A stretch of 36,367 nt of DNA from the sequence record DRR723986_9819, one strand, 5' to 3'. The stretch's first letter is position 1; every line of letters begins with the position of its first letter. Made by a program: the position numbers and the translations under genes. Positions 9,345 to 19,276 of this stretch are shown here, piece after piece. The notes under the pieces were generated by a model. It did not search any database. It worked only from the letters and a program-made list of their open reading frames with translations, and had not been told where the DNA came from.

Positions 9345-9974
9345 TCAATCCACAAGGCGGTGCTTCATCGCATATCGAATCAATTCCGAATTGCTTTTAA
9401 GCTGCATTTTCTCCAGAATGTTACGCCGATGTGTATCCACCGTCTTTGGACTCAAATTCAGGTCATCTGCAATCTTCGTTGGTGTGCGGCCATTAGCCAG
9501 CAATCGGAAAATCTCGTATTCGCGATCCGAAAGCCGCTCATGCGGTGAATTGCCATCCCCAAATACTTCGCCTGCCAATCTCTCTGCCAGCTGTGCCGAA
9601 ACATACTTCCGGCCCGCCGTCACAGTTTGTATGGCAATAATCAATTCCTTGACGTCCAGATCAATGCTCAAACATCCGGCCGCACCGGCTTTGAAGGCGC
9701 GCATCGCATAGTCGTGTTCCGGGGTGACCGACAGCATTAATACTGGTAGTGACGGGAATTTCTGGCGAATTTGTTTCAAAGTTTGTAGGCCGCCACTATT
9801 GGGTAGGGCGACGTCCAGAATAACGACGTGAACTTCATTATTCTCCAGATAACGAAATGTTTCGTCATCGGTCTCTACCGTGCCAACCTGCATATCCTCA
9901 AGACTATAGTTGAGGTATAGTTTCAGGCCAACACGCAGAAAAGAATGTCCATCTGCAACCAAAACATGTGTCAT
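9345..9974 (-). CDS. NarL/FixJ (UvrY/GacA-like) response regulator, REC + LuxR HTH, with atypical receiver
   Basis: REC segment VVILDVALPNSGGLQTLKQIR..PVLMLS; HTH LSDREYEIFRLLANG..IADDLNLSPKTVDTHRRNILEKM; 209 aa; no kinase gene adjacent. Confidence 0.93.
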   Translation of the reverse strand: MTHVLVADGHSFLRVGLKLYLNYSLEDMQVGTVETDDETFRYLENNEVHVVILDVALPNSGGLQTLKQIRQKFPSLPVLMLSVTPEHDYAMRAFKAGAAGCLSIDLDVKELIIAIQTVTAGRKYVSAQLAERLAGEVFGDGNSPHERLSDREYEIFRLLANGRTPTKIADDLNLSPKTVDTHRRNILEKMQLKSNSELIRYAMKHRLVD

Positions 9975-10681
9975 AGTGCTTTTGTCCGAACGGCTCAGGG
10001 AGTCTGAAATCGTGCGGCGGAAAAAAGAGTCGGAGCGGGAATGCAGCGCTCCCTAATGTACAAAAAAATTAAATTACGGGCCGTAAACGTTTCTCGGTAT
10101 GTACCACCTTTTAATTAAGAGATGTTTCCCGATAGTAATCTGTGTGTCATAAGTCCATAAAAAACGGAAAATACGTACGCTAATTCGTGATATATCTAAA
10201 CCCTTAACACACAAAAAGGACTCATCTGCAGCGGTAGAGTCGCTAAATTCCCTGAATCCGTCAATAGAAATGTGATTCGCACTCGTTGCAAACAGGCCCA
10301 CGTTTCTATTGGGTGAATTAGTTGTTGCTAATACCTTTCGATTCATTGACTATTCGATCACTGCTATTGCATGTAACCGGGACGGGCCGACTGGTGAGAA
10401 CAACCTTCCTGCCGCAGGTGAGCACCCCAAAATGTAGCGCTCAGTGGGAAGATACACAAGTGTTGTCTCGGCGAAGCTGCCAAGGCTTTAACTTTGTTTG
10501 CAGCGTCAAATCCATTGGAATGCGCCCTTTTACAGTAGCCTTGTTCAAAAGGTGCTGATATTTTAATGCAATGTGGCAATTCGTTACCGTTCAATCAAAA
10601 AAATTTAATTTTTGGGCCTTCTCATTATGGGCTTTGGCATATCGCTTGCCCAATCTTTTCGGCACCAATCGTTTGATAGAC

Positions 10682-10712
10682 TTTGCAATCAGCACCCGGC
10701 GGGCTAGTTTTG
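10682..10712 (+). promoter_or_regulatory. Bacteroidota-type promoter TTTG-N19-TAGTTTTG upstream of the DUF885 gene
   Basis: Matches the -33 TTTG / -7 TAnnTTTG consensus, 46 bp before ATG 10759. Confidence 0.6.
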
Positions 10713-10758
10713 CAGCAGGAAAATATAAAGATATCAACTGCTACGTAACAGGTGTTGC

Positions 10759-12570
10759 ATGACGTATTCGCGTATGGCATTACTATTAGCTCTCCCGCTG
10801 GCCGTTCTCTGCCTGGCTTGCTCCGCTCCGGAAAACACAGACGCGCCCGAAGATACCACCGTCAACAGCCAGACGGCAGACGCCGCCGCCGCCGAGCTGC
10901 AAACTATTTTTGACGACTATCACGAATACGTCCTGCGAACCAGTCCCGAAACTGCCGACTACGAGGGTGACCATCGTTATTCTGACCGCCTGTCCGACTA
11001 TTCGGCCAGTGCCGCCGCCGCTGCATTTGACTCCCTGCGCATCTACCGCTCGCGGCTCCTGGCGATTGACCGCAGTCTGCTAAGCGACGCTGACCAGATC
11101 AACTACGACATGTTTGAAACCAGCGCTACCGAGCAGCTCTCCTTTGAGGAATTTAATAACCACCTCATGCCGCTCACGCAGCAAAGTGGCCTGCACATCA
11201 GCTTCCCTCAGATAATCGAATATCAACCCTTTGACAGCCTCCCCGACTTTCAGCGCTACTTCATGCGCCTGCGTGCTTTTCCCGGCGCCGTATCCCAGGT
11301 GATTGCCAATATGCGCCAGGGGATCGCAAGTGGCATCGTCCAGCCGCGTTTTGTGGTTGAGCAAATCATCGCCCAAACCGAGAACATCGGCGAAATGGAT
11401 CCCAACGACACTCCTTTTATGGTGCCGCTCCTGCGCGATGACCTAAACCTTAGCGAAGAACAAAAAATCGCTCTCTCCGCCGAATTGATCTCATTCATTG
11501 GTGTGACCGTTCAGCCCGCTTACAAACGCCTCACCGACTTCCTCAAAACCGAATATTTGCCGGCTTCACGCACAGAGCCCGGCGTCTGGTCGTTACCCGA
11601 TGGTGAGAAGCGCTACAATCGCATGATCGCATATCACACAACTACCAAAATGACTGCCGATGAAATTTTTGCCAAGGGCCAGTCCGAAGTTGCTCGCATC
11701 CGTGCCGAAATGGAACGCCTCGTGCGTGAGGAAATCAAATTCGAAGGTGACCTCACCGCATTTATGAAGTACGTGCGCACAGACCCTCAGTTTTACTACA
11801 CGGAAAAAGACTCCCTCATGGCCGGCTACCGTCGCATCCTCAAGGAAATGGATGCCAAACTGCCGCAAATTTTTGGCGTACTGCCCAAAGCCCCGTATGA
11901 GCTCAAGGAAATGGAAGCATTCCGCGCACGTTCGGCACCCCAGGCGTATTACTATTCTGCTCCGGAAGACCGTTCACGACCTGGATACTTTTACGTTAAC
12001 ACCTATGATTTGCCCTCACGTCCATCATACACAATGACGGCTCTGGCGCTGCACGAGGCTGTTCCTGGCCACCACCTGCAAATCGCAATTGCGCAGGAAT
12101 TGGAAGACCTCCCCTGGTTCCGCCGTCAGCTTGGTTTTACCGCCTACGTGGAAGGCTGGGGGCTCTACGCCGAATATCTTGGTTATGAAACGGATATGTA
12201 CACGGACAACTATCAGCATTTTGGTGCATTAACATTTGAAATGTGGCGCGCCTGCCGCCTGGTGGTTGATTGCGGTTTACACTTTAAACAATGGGATCGC
12301 GAGCAGGCCGTGCAATTTATGCTTGACAATACTCCCAACTCCGAACTCGATCTTCGCTCCGAAGTAGACCGTTATATCGTTTGGCCCGGTCAAGCTCTTG
12401 CATACAAAATTGGCGAACTTAAACTCAAGGAACTGCGCGAACGCGCTGAATCCACCCTGGGTGACAAGTTTGATGTGCGTGCCTTCCACGATGCGGTTCT
12501 CGGTGCCGGCGCCCTTCCACTTACGATTCTCGAAAAACGCATCGACGCATGGATTAAAAGCCAGTCTTAA
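10759..12570 (+). CDS. DUF885 family lipoprotein (HExxPGHH, putative metallopeptidase)
   Basis: Signal peptide with lipobox CLAC; HEAVPGHHLQ, AYVEGWGLYAE, WRACRLVVDCGLH, EVDRYIVWPGQALAYKIG, FDVRAFHD. Confidence 0.93.
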   Translation: MTYSRMALLLALPLAVLCLACSAPENTDAPEDTTVNSQTADAAAAELQTIFDDYHEYVLRTSPETADYEGDHRYSDRLSDYSASAAAAAFDSLRIYRSRLLAIDRSLLSDADQINYDMFETSATEQLSFEEFNNHLMPLTQQSGLHISFPQIIEYQPFDSLPDFQRYFMRLRAFPGAVSQVIANMRQGIASGIVQPRFVVEQIIAQTENIGEMDPNDTPFMVPLLRDDLNLSEEQKIALSAELISFIGVTVQPAYKRLTDFLKTEYLPASRTEPGVWSLPDGEKRYNRMIAYHTTTKMTADEIFAKGQSEVARIRAEMERLVREEIKFEGDLTAFMKYVRTDPQFYYTEKDSLMAGYRRILKEMDAKLPQIFGVLPKAPYELKEMEAFRARSAPQAYYYSAPEDRSRPGYFYVNTYDLPSRPSYTMTALALHEAVPGHHLQIAIAQELEDLPWFRRQLGFTAYVEGWGLYAEYLGYETDMYTDNYQHFGALTFEMWRACRLVVDCGLHFKQWDREQAVQFMLDNTPNSELDLRSEVDRYIVWPGQALAYKIGELKLKELRERAESTLGDKFDVRAFHDAVLGAGALPLTILEKRIDAWIKSQS

Positions 12571-12614
12571 AAAAGGTAAGGATTAGTCAAGGTTCCTTGG
12601 TGTTAAATTATTTG

Positions 12615-12658
12615 GCCGCTGTTGAAACAGGTTCTATTCTGTTAACAGCGGCTTTTTT
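12615..12658 (+). terminator. Rho-independent terminator after the DUF885 gene
   Basis: GCCGCTGTT...AACAGCGGC stem followed by T6. Confidence 0.8.
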
Positions 12659-13114
12659 ATGCGCATGGGCCTGTGCCGGATTGATATCATCTTCCATGTT
12701 AACAATGCTCAGGTGCTTCCCTCAGTCGGCATAGGCATTACTCCATATTGACTAATTAGCTCTTGGCATTTATATTCAATTCTTTGCCGTCTTGATCGCC
12801 GTCTTGATCGCTTTGAGGCCTTTCACTTCGTTCGGTCCTCAGGCTTTTTGAGTTTCTTGTTTGGCCCGCTGCGCTTTGATTCTGCATTGAAATCCTCGTC
12901 AAAACAGCGTCAAGTCATGTAGTCGCAAACGCTGTCCGGAAGGTCCGGGTTTGTTGTTGCAACAACGCAAAAATTAATTCGGGAAATGTGGAGGGCTCTG
13001 ATGCTGCTGCGTTCAAATTCATTAACTAACAAAAAGAAAAAGCCAGCCACTGAACTTTGTGAAGGGGGCGCAGCGCTCAAGTCTCTGAAGGCTGTTAAAA
13101 GGAAATCCAGATTG

Positions 13115-13753
13115 TCAATTGGCATTTTTAACGGGTCGTGGCGAAACCTTGCGTGTCCAGTAAATGATGAATGCCGTGCCAATCACCGAAGGTGCCAGCC
13201 AGCCGATAAGTCCGCTATAGAAAAACTGATTAACAACCACAAATGCGGTTGTAGCTGCAATGTAGCCCGCCGTCATTTTTGTTAAATGCATCACCAGCCA
13301 CTTTTTGCGCAATGTTGTTTTGTTGCGAAAGTTGCGAATGTCTGTAATGGCAAACACTAAACCAATTGTGCCAAAAACCGCTAAAACGATGTTAATGCCG
13401 GCCCCGAAAACAACTGGACCAAGTAACATGCCAATGCCGGTCAGGCCCATGGTTACACTAAGTGCGAAGTCGAATGTTAGTCTGACATATTTGGATTTAA
13501 AGCGCAGAGCGCGAAAGCCGGATGCGACCAAATACGCACTGAAAACGCCGATGCTAAACAGAAATGGATTGATGTGGCCGGGTAAACAGGCGACTAAGGC
13601 GCCCAGCAGAGCCGAGCAAAGCATCGACCAGAAAAACACGCGTCCTGCCTGAACATGAACCCTGCCGCCTTTTTTAACAATCAAAGCCAGGAGGCCGGAG
13701 CCGAGTGCCAGGCCGCCGAGACAAGCATGCAAAAGTACTAAGTTGTGTGCCAT
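13115..13753 (-). CDS. DUF2306-like multi-pass membrane protein
   Basis: LH..LGGLALGSG.LAL..KKGGRVHVQAGRVF and WLVMHLTKMTAGYIAATTAFVV motifs; about 6 TM segments; start placed at ATG 13753. Confidence 0.75.
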   Translation of the reverse strand: MAHNLVLLHACLGGLALGSGLLALIVKKGGRVHVQAGRVFFWSMLCSALLGALVACLPGHINPFLFSIGVFSAYLVASGFRALRFKSKYVRLTFDFALSVTMGLTGIGMLLGPVVFGAGINIVLAVFGTIGLVFAITDIRNFRNKTTLRKKWLVMHLTKMTAGYIAATTAFVVVNQFFYSGLIGWLAPSVIGTAFIIYWTRKVSPRPVKNAN

Positions 13754-13912
13754 GTTCTGTGCCGGTGATTGTGCGTTTGATTTAACAAGCAGAGTGCCAA
13801 AGTGTAGGCCACATTGCGGATCAACAGTCACAAACCTTAATGTGTGACTGATAACAATCAGGCAAGCCACGGATTAAACAAATGTGAAGTCTGCACCGCC
13901 GAAACTTAACAT

Positions 13913-15391
13913 TTATGGAGCTGCAACCAATGGCCGCTGCTCGATAAAGTCGTACATCGTAATCCACCGCAGCCGATAGAAAGCCGTCCAGTACGCGCCC
14001 AGTGCCTGAATGAATCCCTGCGTTGCGCCGTCGCGTTCGGCTTGTGCCTGAAACAAATCCGTGATTGCAATTTTGCCGATAAGGTAACGATTTTTAGCAA
14101 CTTCGAAGCGTTTACGTGCAATTGTGTCCGACTTGGCGGCGATGGTGATTTGGCGTTGCGCGTTAGAAAACTGCATTGCCGCCATGAAGACACGCTGTTC
14201 AAATTCGATACGTTCTTCTGTGATATTTTCGAGCGCCTGTTCACGTTGTGCCAGGGCAATTTGCTGTTGCGCTGAATTACCGCCCCAGTCCAGCAAAGGC
14301 ATGCTAAAAGAGACGCTGAAGCGCTGGGCGTCAAGCAGGTCCTGATAGGCTGTTTCAAAGTCCGAACTGGTTTGGTTAAAACCGAGCGATGCTGAAATTG
14401 TCGCATTAAATCCGGCATCGGCTTCACTGCGCTCAACGTCGCGCTGTGTTTCTACATCCTGCAGTTCAAATCCAAGGATTTCACTGCGATGTTTAAGTGC
14501 CATTTTAACGGCTTCATCTGGTGCCAGAGTAATTGTACGTGCCAGTGGTGGAGGGCTTACGTCAAGTCTCATGTCAGGTGCAAAACCAAGTGCGCGCGCA
14601 AAACCACGTTGTGCAATCTGATGGTTTAACTCGGCGTCACTAAGGCGAATTTCGGCATTCATGTATGCCAGCTCACTCTGCAGCAGGTCGTTCTCAGCAA
14701 TTGAGCCAACGCGGAAGCGACCTTGTGACAGCCTGAAGATAGTGTCATTAATCGACATGTTAAACTGCGCACTTTCCAGGTTCATGCGCGAAATATAGAG
14801 CGAGAAGAATTGTTCGCTGATATCGACGGCAATTCGTTCCATTTCTTCAACATAATTGCGTTCGGCCAGATTGCGGCGCATAGGTTGAATTTTGCGGTCC
14901 CAGCTCATATCATTGAAGCTGAAGAGCGGTTGTGTTAAGCTGATACTAAATGGGTTTGTGCGCCATTGTGTGTTGTCATCAGTTAAGCTGGACGTATTGC
15001 TGAGGCCGGAACTGATGCGCAGGTCAGCGCCTGTGAGCGGAATGCGCTGTGTGATTCCAATGTCAGCTGAGGAAAAGGCCTGACTGACCTCTGAAAACTG
15101 TTCGCCTTCGGCATTGCGGAACGCTGTGATAGATCGTGTTAAGCCGGGGATGTCGCCATTTAAACTAAGCTGCGGTAGATAGGATGCATTAAAGCTTTGA
15201 TTCTGCCACAGGGCAATATCATAGGTTCGCCGCAGTGCACGCGCGCGCGGACTGTTTTTCTGCGCCAGTTCGATGCTTTCGTTTAAACTGTAGGCGCGCT
15301 GATCGCCCGTTTGTGCATTGCCTGCCTGGCTGACCAGTAGCAGGCCCGCCAGGCTCAGGGTAAATGCGAGGATGTTAAAGATGTATCTCAT
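13913..15391 (-). CDS. TolC family outer-membrane efflux protein
   Basis: Signal peptide; SLNESIELAQKNSP, YLPQLSLNG, LTQPLF, RFRVGSIAENDLLQSEL, RYLIGKIAITDLFQAQ repeats. Confidence 0.92.
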   Translation of the reverse strand: MRYIFNILAFTLSLAGLLLVSQAGNAQTGDQRAYSLNESIELAQKNSPRARALRRTYDIALWQNQSFNASYLPQLSLNGDIPGLTRSITAFRNAEGEQFSEVSQAFSSADIGITQRIPLTGADLRISSGLSNTSSLTDDNTQWRTNPFSISLTQPLFSFNDMSWDRKIQPMRRNLAERNYVEEMERIAVDISEQFFSLYISRMNLESAQFNMSINDTIFRLSQGRFRVGSIAENDLLQSELAYMNAEIRLSDAELNHQIAQRGFARALGFAPDMRLDVSPPPLARTITLAPDEAVKMALKHRSEILGFELQDVETQRDVERSEADAGFNATISASLGFNQTSSDFETAYQDLLDAQRFSVSFSMPLLDWGGNSAQQQIALAQREQALENITEERIEFEQRVFMAAMQFSNAQRQITIAAKSDTIARKRFEVAKNRYLIGKIAITDLFQAQAERDGATQGFIQALGAYWTAFYRLRWITMYDFIEQRPLVAAP

Positions 15392-15444
15392 TCTATGGCT
15401 TGTTGACTATTGGTCACTGTAAAGATGCCGGCGGCCAAATGTTG

Positions 15445-16791
15445 TTAATCATGTCGTAGCGATTCGACCGGGTTTTGTGATGCTGCGCGGCGCGCGGGCA
15501 CGATACCAAAAATCAGTCCGATTGACATCGCAACGCCAAAGGACAGGAGTACTGACGAAGCCGTCACGATTGTATCGATTTCAGCCGCCTTGGCAATTAT
15601 GAGGCTGAGGCCAATGCCGAGCATCACACCGACGACACCTCCTGCCACACTAATGGCCGTTGCTTCGCTCAGAAATTGCAGATTGATGTCAGTCGGCGTG
15701 GCTCCCAGAGAGAGCCGAATGCCAATTTCTTTAATGCGTTCCATCACGTTGGCAAGCATGATATTCATGATGCCAATTCCACCCACGATGAGTGAGATAG
15801 AAGCGATTGCTCCCAGGACGTAGTTAAACAGGCGTGTTGTTTCACGCTGCTGTTCCAGTACAACTTCCGGGATTGTAATTTCAAAATCGACGACTTCATT
15901 GTGTCGGCGTGTTAACATTCGGCTGATTACCTCGGCGGCACTGCGACTGTACGCGTTGTCGCTTAAGCGTATCACAACCCGATCGAGCTGATGATAGTCA
16001 CTGTTAACACCAAATGAAGCTCCACCACTTTCACGGCCACGGCCGCCGGGTGCCAGATCATCTGAACTAACCGTGGAGCGATCGCGATAGCGCAGCAGCA
16101 TGGTTGGCAGCGGTGTGTAAACATCCAGGTTGGGATTGCGCAGGCCAAGTTGTTCCAGTTGTTCCTTGGCAACACTTTGATCTTGCAGTACGCCGACGAC
16201 GCGCAGCCAGATGGGGCCGGCTTTGATGCTTTTGCCGATAGGATCAACACCGGCAAAGAAGCGTGTGCGAATTTCATGGCCAATGACGCAGACTGGGGCG
16301 TGAGTCTCAAAATGCAGCGTTGAGAATGACGTGCCGAGGACAAATTTGGCGTCATTGCTCTTAAAATGTTGCTGTGAGACTCCAACTATAACAGTGTTAC
16401 GCACAACACCTTCGCGCGCCAATTCTACCGGCAGGACCATTTCGGGGTAGACAGCTTCTACCTGGGGCAATGTAGACTTAATACTTTCTGCGTCGGCTAG
16501 CGTGAGTCCCGGAGAGTAGCGCCGAATTTGCATTTCGCTGCTTTGATCTTCATCCTCCTCTTCACCTTCATCGTCGCCCTCCTGAATTCGCGGCGTAACA
16601 ATCAAGTTGTCGGCACCGAGCAGGTCCAATTGTTGCAAGATTTTCTCTTGGGCGCCACGCCCGATTGCCAACATTGCAATGACGCTGGCAACGCCAAACA
16701 CGATTCCGAGCGAGGTGAGCAGGGCTCGCAGCTTATTCTGCGCCATGGATTCAGCGGCGATTAAAACGTTGTGCAGAATGCGTCGGATCAT
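15445..16791 (-). CDS. MacB/FtsX-type ABC transporter permease (no ATPase domain)
   Basis: NKLRALLTSLGIVFGVASVIAMLAIG, ISLIVGGIGIMNIMLANVMERIKEIGIRLSLGA, PARRAASQNPVESLRHD. Confidence 0.93.
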   Translation of the reverse strand: MIRRILHNVLIAAESMAQNKLRALLTSLGIVFGVASVIAMLAIGRGAQEKILQQLDLLGADNLIVTPRIQEGDDEGEEEDEDQSSEMQIRRYSPGLTLADAESIKSTLPQVEAVYPEMVLPVELAREGVVRNTVIVGVSQQHFKSNDAKFVLGTSFSTLHFETHAPVCVIGHEIRTRFFAGVDPIGKSIKAGPIWLRVVGVLQDQSVAKEQLEQLGLRNPNLDVYTPLPTMLLRYRDRSTVSSDDLAPGGRGRESGGASFGVNSDYHQLDRVVIRLSDNAYSRSAAEVISRMLTRRHNEVVDFEITIPEVVLEQQRETTRLFNYVLGAIASISLIVGGIGIMNIMLANVMERIKEIGIRLSLGATPTDINLQFLSEATAISVAGGVVGVMLGIGLSLIIAKAAEIDTIVTASSVLLSFGVAMSIGLIFGIVPARRAASQNPVESLRHD

Positions 16792-16881
16792 TGTATGGGT
16801 ACCTTAGTCGCAGCGATGTTTCGTAAAGAAACGTGGTTTATGGTCGGAAACAAGCATTGTCATTTTTTGATACGCTGCAAG

Positions 16882-18138
16882 CTATTCGTTAGAGGCTGTG
16901 GGTTCGGATGCTGGGGTTTCGACGTCTTCCGGCTGGCTCAAATATATCTCATCATCGAGCGACAGACCACTTTCAATCACCACGTGTGTGCCATTCATCA
17001 GCCCGAGGGTGACGGCTTGTCGTTTTGGGCCGTCAGCGGTCTCCTTATACACAAAGACCAGTGAGTCCTGGGCGTGAATGGTCTCAAGCGGTACAAACAA
17101 GGCCTCATCCAGGCGCGATACCAGAATTTCGTTGCTGGTAGTCATAGAAGGGCGCAGGGTTGTATCCACGTCTTCGACTTCGATAAGGACTTCGAAGACT
17201 TTGGAGTCGGAGTTGCGTTGTTTCTCACCGACGTTGGCGACTTCGCGCACGGTGCCTTTCAGGACTTTTTCGGGGAGGGCGTAGAGTTTGATGGTGACGT
17301 CCTGGCCCTGCTGGACGTTGCGGATGTCGATTTCGTTAACAAAAGTTAGGGACTCCATATTACTCAGGTCGGGCAGCTCGGCGACGACGGGGTTCCATGC
17401 GGAGACGACGGAGCCAACGGCTTTTTTGCCGCCGCGACTTTCACGCGAGTAGATGACCATGCCATCTGAAGGTGCCAGAACGGTGAATTCCTGCAGCGTT
17501 TCTACGTAGCTATCGTGTGTGCGTTGATGTGAGCGCAGTTCAGCGCCGACTTCGCGCATTTTAGCGACGGCCTGCTGGACTTGGACTTCGTAGTTGTTTT
17601 CGGCCTGCTTGAGTGCGCGTTCGGAGCGTTCATAGTCGATCTGCGCCTGGCGAACGACGGACGGTGCCTCGTAGACTGACTGCTCATTTCGGATATTCGC
17701 TTCTTCGAGTGCAAAGCGTAAATTCACGAGATTATCGCGTGCTTGTGACAAGCTAAGAGCCGTATCGAGGCGTGCCTGTTCGTATTGAGACTCGGCTTTT
17801 TGAATGTTGATCAAAAGGTCTTTGATTTTACCTGACAAATCCGATTTATCCAGCTGCGCCACAAAATCGCCCTTTTTAACAAGCGTTCCTTCGGGCACCA
17901 TATCAGAGATATTTATCTGATAGATGCCGGTGGACTGGACGTTGCGCGGTCCGCGGATTTTGATGGAGTTTTTGGCGCGGAGCTCACCGGTGGTAGTAAC
18001 GGCGACTTCAAACGGACCTGACTCAGGCTTAACCAGAATTTGGGTCTGATTTTGGGCGGGCTCTGCAAGCGCCAGCCAGGCTGCCGCGACGAGTCCGATT
18101 CCGATTAGGGAATATATGATGTTGCGAAGAATCTTCAT
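16882..18138 (-). CDS. Efflux periplasmic adaptor (HlyD/MacA family membrane fusion protein)
   Basis: N-terminal TM; VPEGTLVKKGDFVAQLD, coiled coil, APSDGMVIY, VNEIDI..VQQGQ.V.I, LRPSMT. Confidence 0.92.
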   Translation of the reverse strand: MKILRNIIYSLIGIGLVAAAWLALAEPAQNQTQILVKPESGPFEVAVTTTGELRAKNSIKIRGPRNVQSTGIYQINISDMVPEGTLVKKGDFVAQLDKSDLSGKIKDLLINIQKAESQYEQARLDTALSLSQARDNLVNLRFALEEANIRNEQSVYEAPSVVRQAQIDYERSERALKQAENNYEVQVQQAVAKMREVGAELRSHQRTHDSYVETLQEFTVLAPSDGMVIYSRESRGGKKAVGSVVSAWNPVVAELPDLSNMESLTFVNEIDIRNVQQGQDVTIKLYALPEKVLKGTVREVANVGEKQRNSDSKVFEVLIEVEDVDTTLRPSMTTSNEILVSRLDEALFVPLETIHAQDSLVFVYKETADGPKRQAVTLGLMNGTHVVIESGLSLDDEIYLSQPEDVETPASEPTASNE

Positions 18139-18358
18139 GATCGCTTATATCGTTTGCTGTAATGAAAGTTTCGGCAAATTATACCATTATCTCAAGTGGA
18201 AAACTACTGGCATAAGTGTTATGTTCAGCTCAAATATAGTCGCTACAGACAAATGAGGCTATTTGAATGAGCTAAGCGAGCAAAAAATCTCCGTAAAATT
18301 TTTTAGAATCGGCGGAGAAATATGACTTATGTTTTTGAGCACGCATGGGCGCTGATTT

Positions 18359-18442
18359 TAAGGGTTTTTCTTATGCTAATCTCAGAAAAACCCTTAGAAC
18401 AAATTAGGGCAAACACTTAGGGTAAAATAAGGGTTATGCTTA
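18359..18442. promoter_or_regulatory. Second array of four 15-bp operator boxes, 23-bp period
   Basis: TAAGGGTTTTTCTTA (18359), TCAGAAAAACCCTTA (18382), TAGGGCAAACACTTA (18405), TAAGGGTTATGCTTA (18428); all fit TMRG-N7-CYKA. Confidence 0.82.
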
Positions 18443-18473
18443 TTGCTTCACGCGCTGTAAAGAACTAGTTTTG
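18443..18473 (+). promoter_or_regulatory. Promoter TTGCTT-N17-TAGTTT(TG) facing the PKS cassette
   Basis: TTG starts immediately after the last box; TAGTTTTG (TAnnTTTG) at 18466-18473. Confidence 0.72.
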
Positions 18474-19276
18474 CATGCGACTTACGGAACGGTTTAAGAA
18501 CGCGATAGTGGAAGTCATTATCGACGGGAAAGAAACCAACAACTAAAGCAAGATCGTTCCACATAACTTTTGACATTTAGAGAAAGTTTGCTTGTTTTCC
18601 TCGTTGAGACATCACTGCCGATCAAAACGAGAAAAACGCTCTGGGGAGAGTTGCCACTGCCAATGCGCTACCTCTCCAGTTCGAACACCAGCCCTTCGTT
18701 CACATACTTTCTTGAATTTGATTTTTTGCGTACACTGAAGAGAGCCGGAAATAAATCGGAATCCACCAGGTGGGGAAGTTGCACTCCAGCAGTGACTTTA
18801 CCACGGACCGAACAAAGCAGCACACTCATGTAAGTTTACCTTGATGTGAATTTGCGACTGCTATTTCTTCTGGTTAATTCTCGTGTTATACCCTGGTTGA
18901 TCATTATCATGTGCCATTGTGTTTAATTAAACACAATAGCCATACACACGATCCCGGATTACTTGCCTGCGCACTTCGACGGAAGCAGCGTGCGGAGGCA
19001 GGGTGGAAGGGGTGCGTGCCGAACTAAGGCGGAAAGGGCTGCGTCACAAAGCCAAGGAACTACTGTTCCTGGCCGACGATCACACTATATATTACTGTTT
19101 AACTTTTGGTGAGATTACAGTGATCACGTTAGAGTGTGAGCCGCATTAAGTCGTTGTAATGCGCTAGACATTGACGATAGACTGTAACAGATATATCTCT
19201 AAACCCATGCGTATACAAGGCATACGGGCCATTGCCGCGTGCGCTCACTTTTGACCCCGTATCGACAAAGGGAGTT

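Noticed and set aside
12786-12811. 12-bp tandem repeat GCCGTCTTGATC x2 and nearby hairpins in the convergent intergenic region
   Set aside because: Only two copies, with no transposase or terminal repeats I could support; probably slippage or a decayed element.
18570-18833. 87-aa ORF in the cassette leader
   Set aside because: TTG start, no SD, no recognisable motif; likely spurious.
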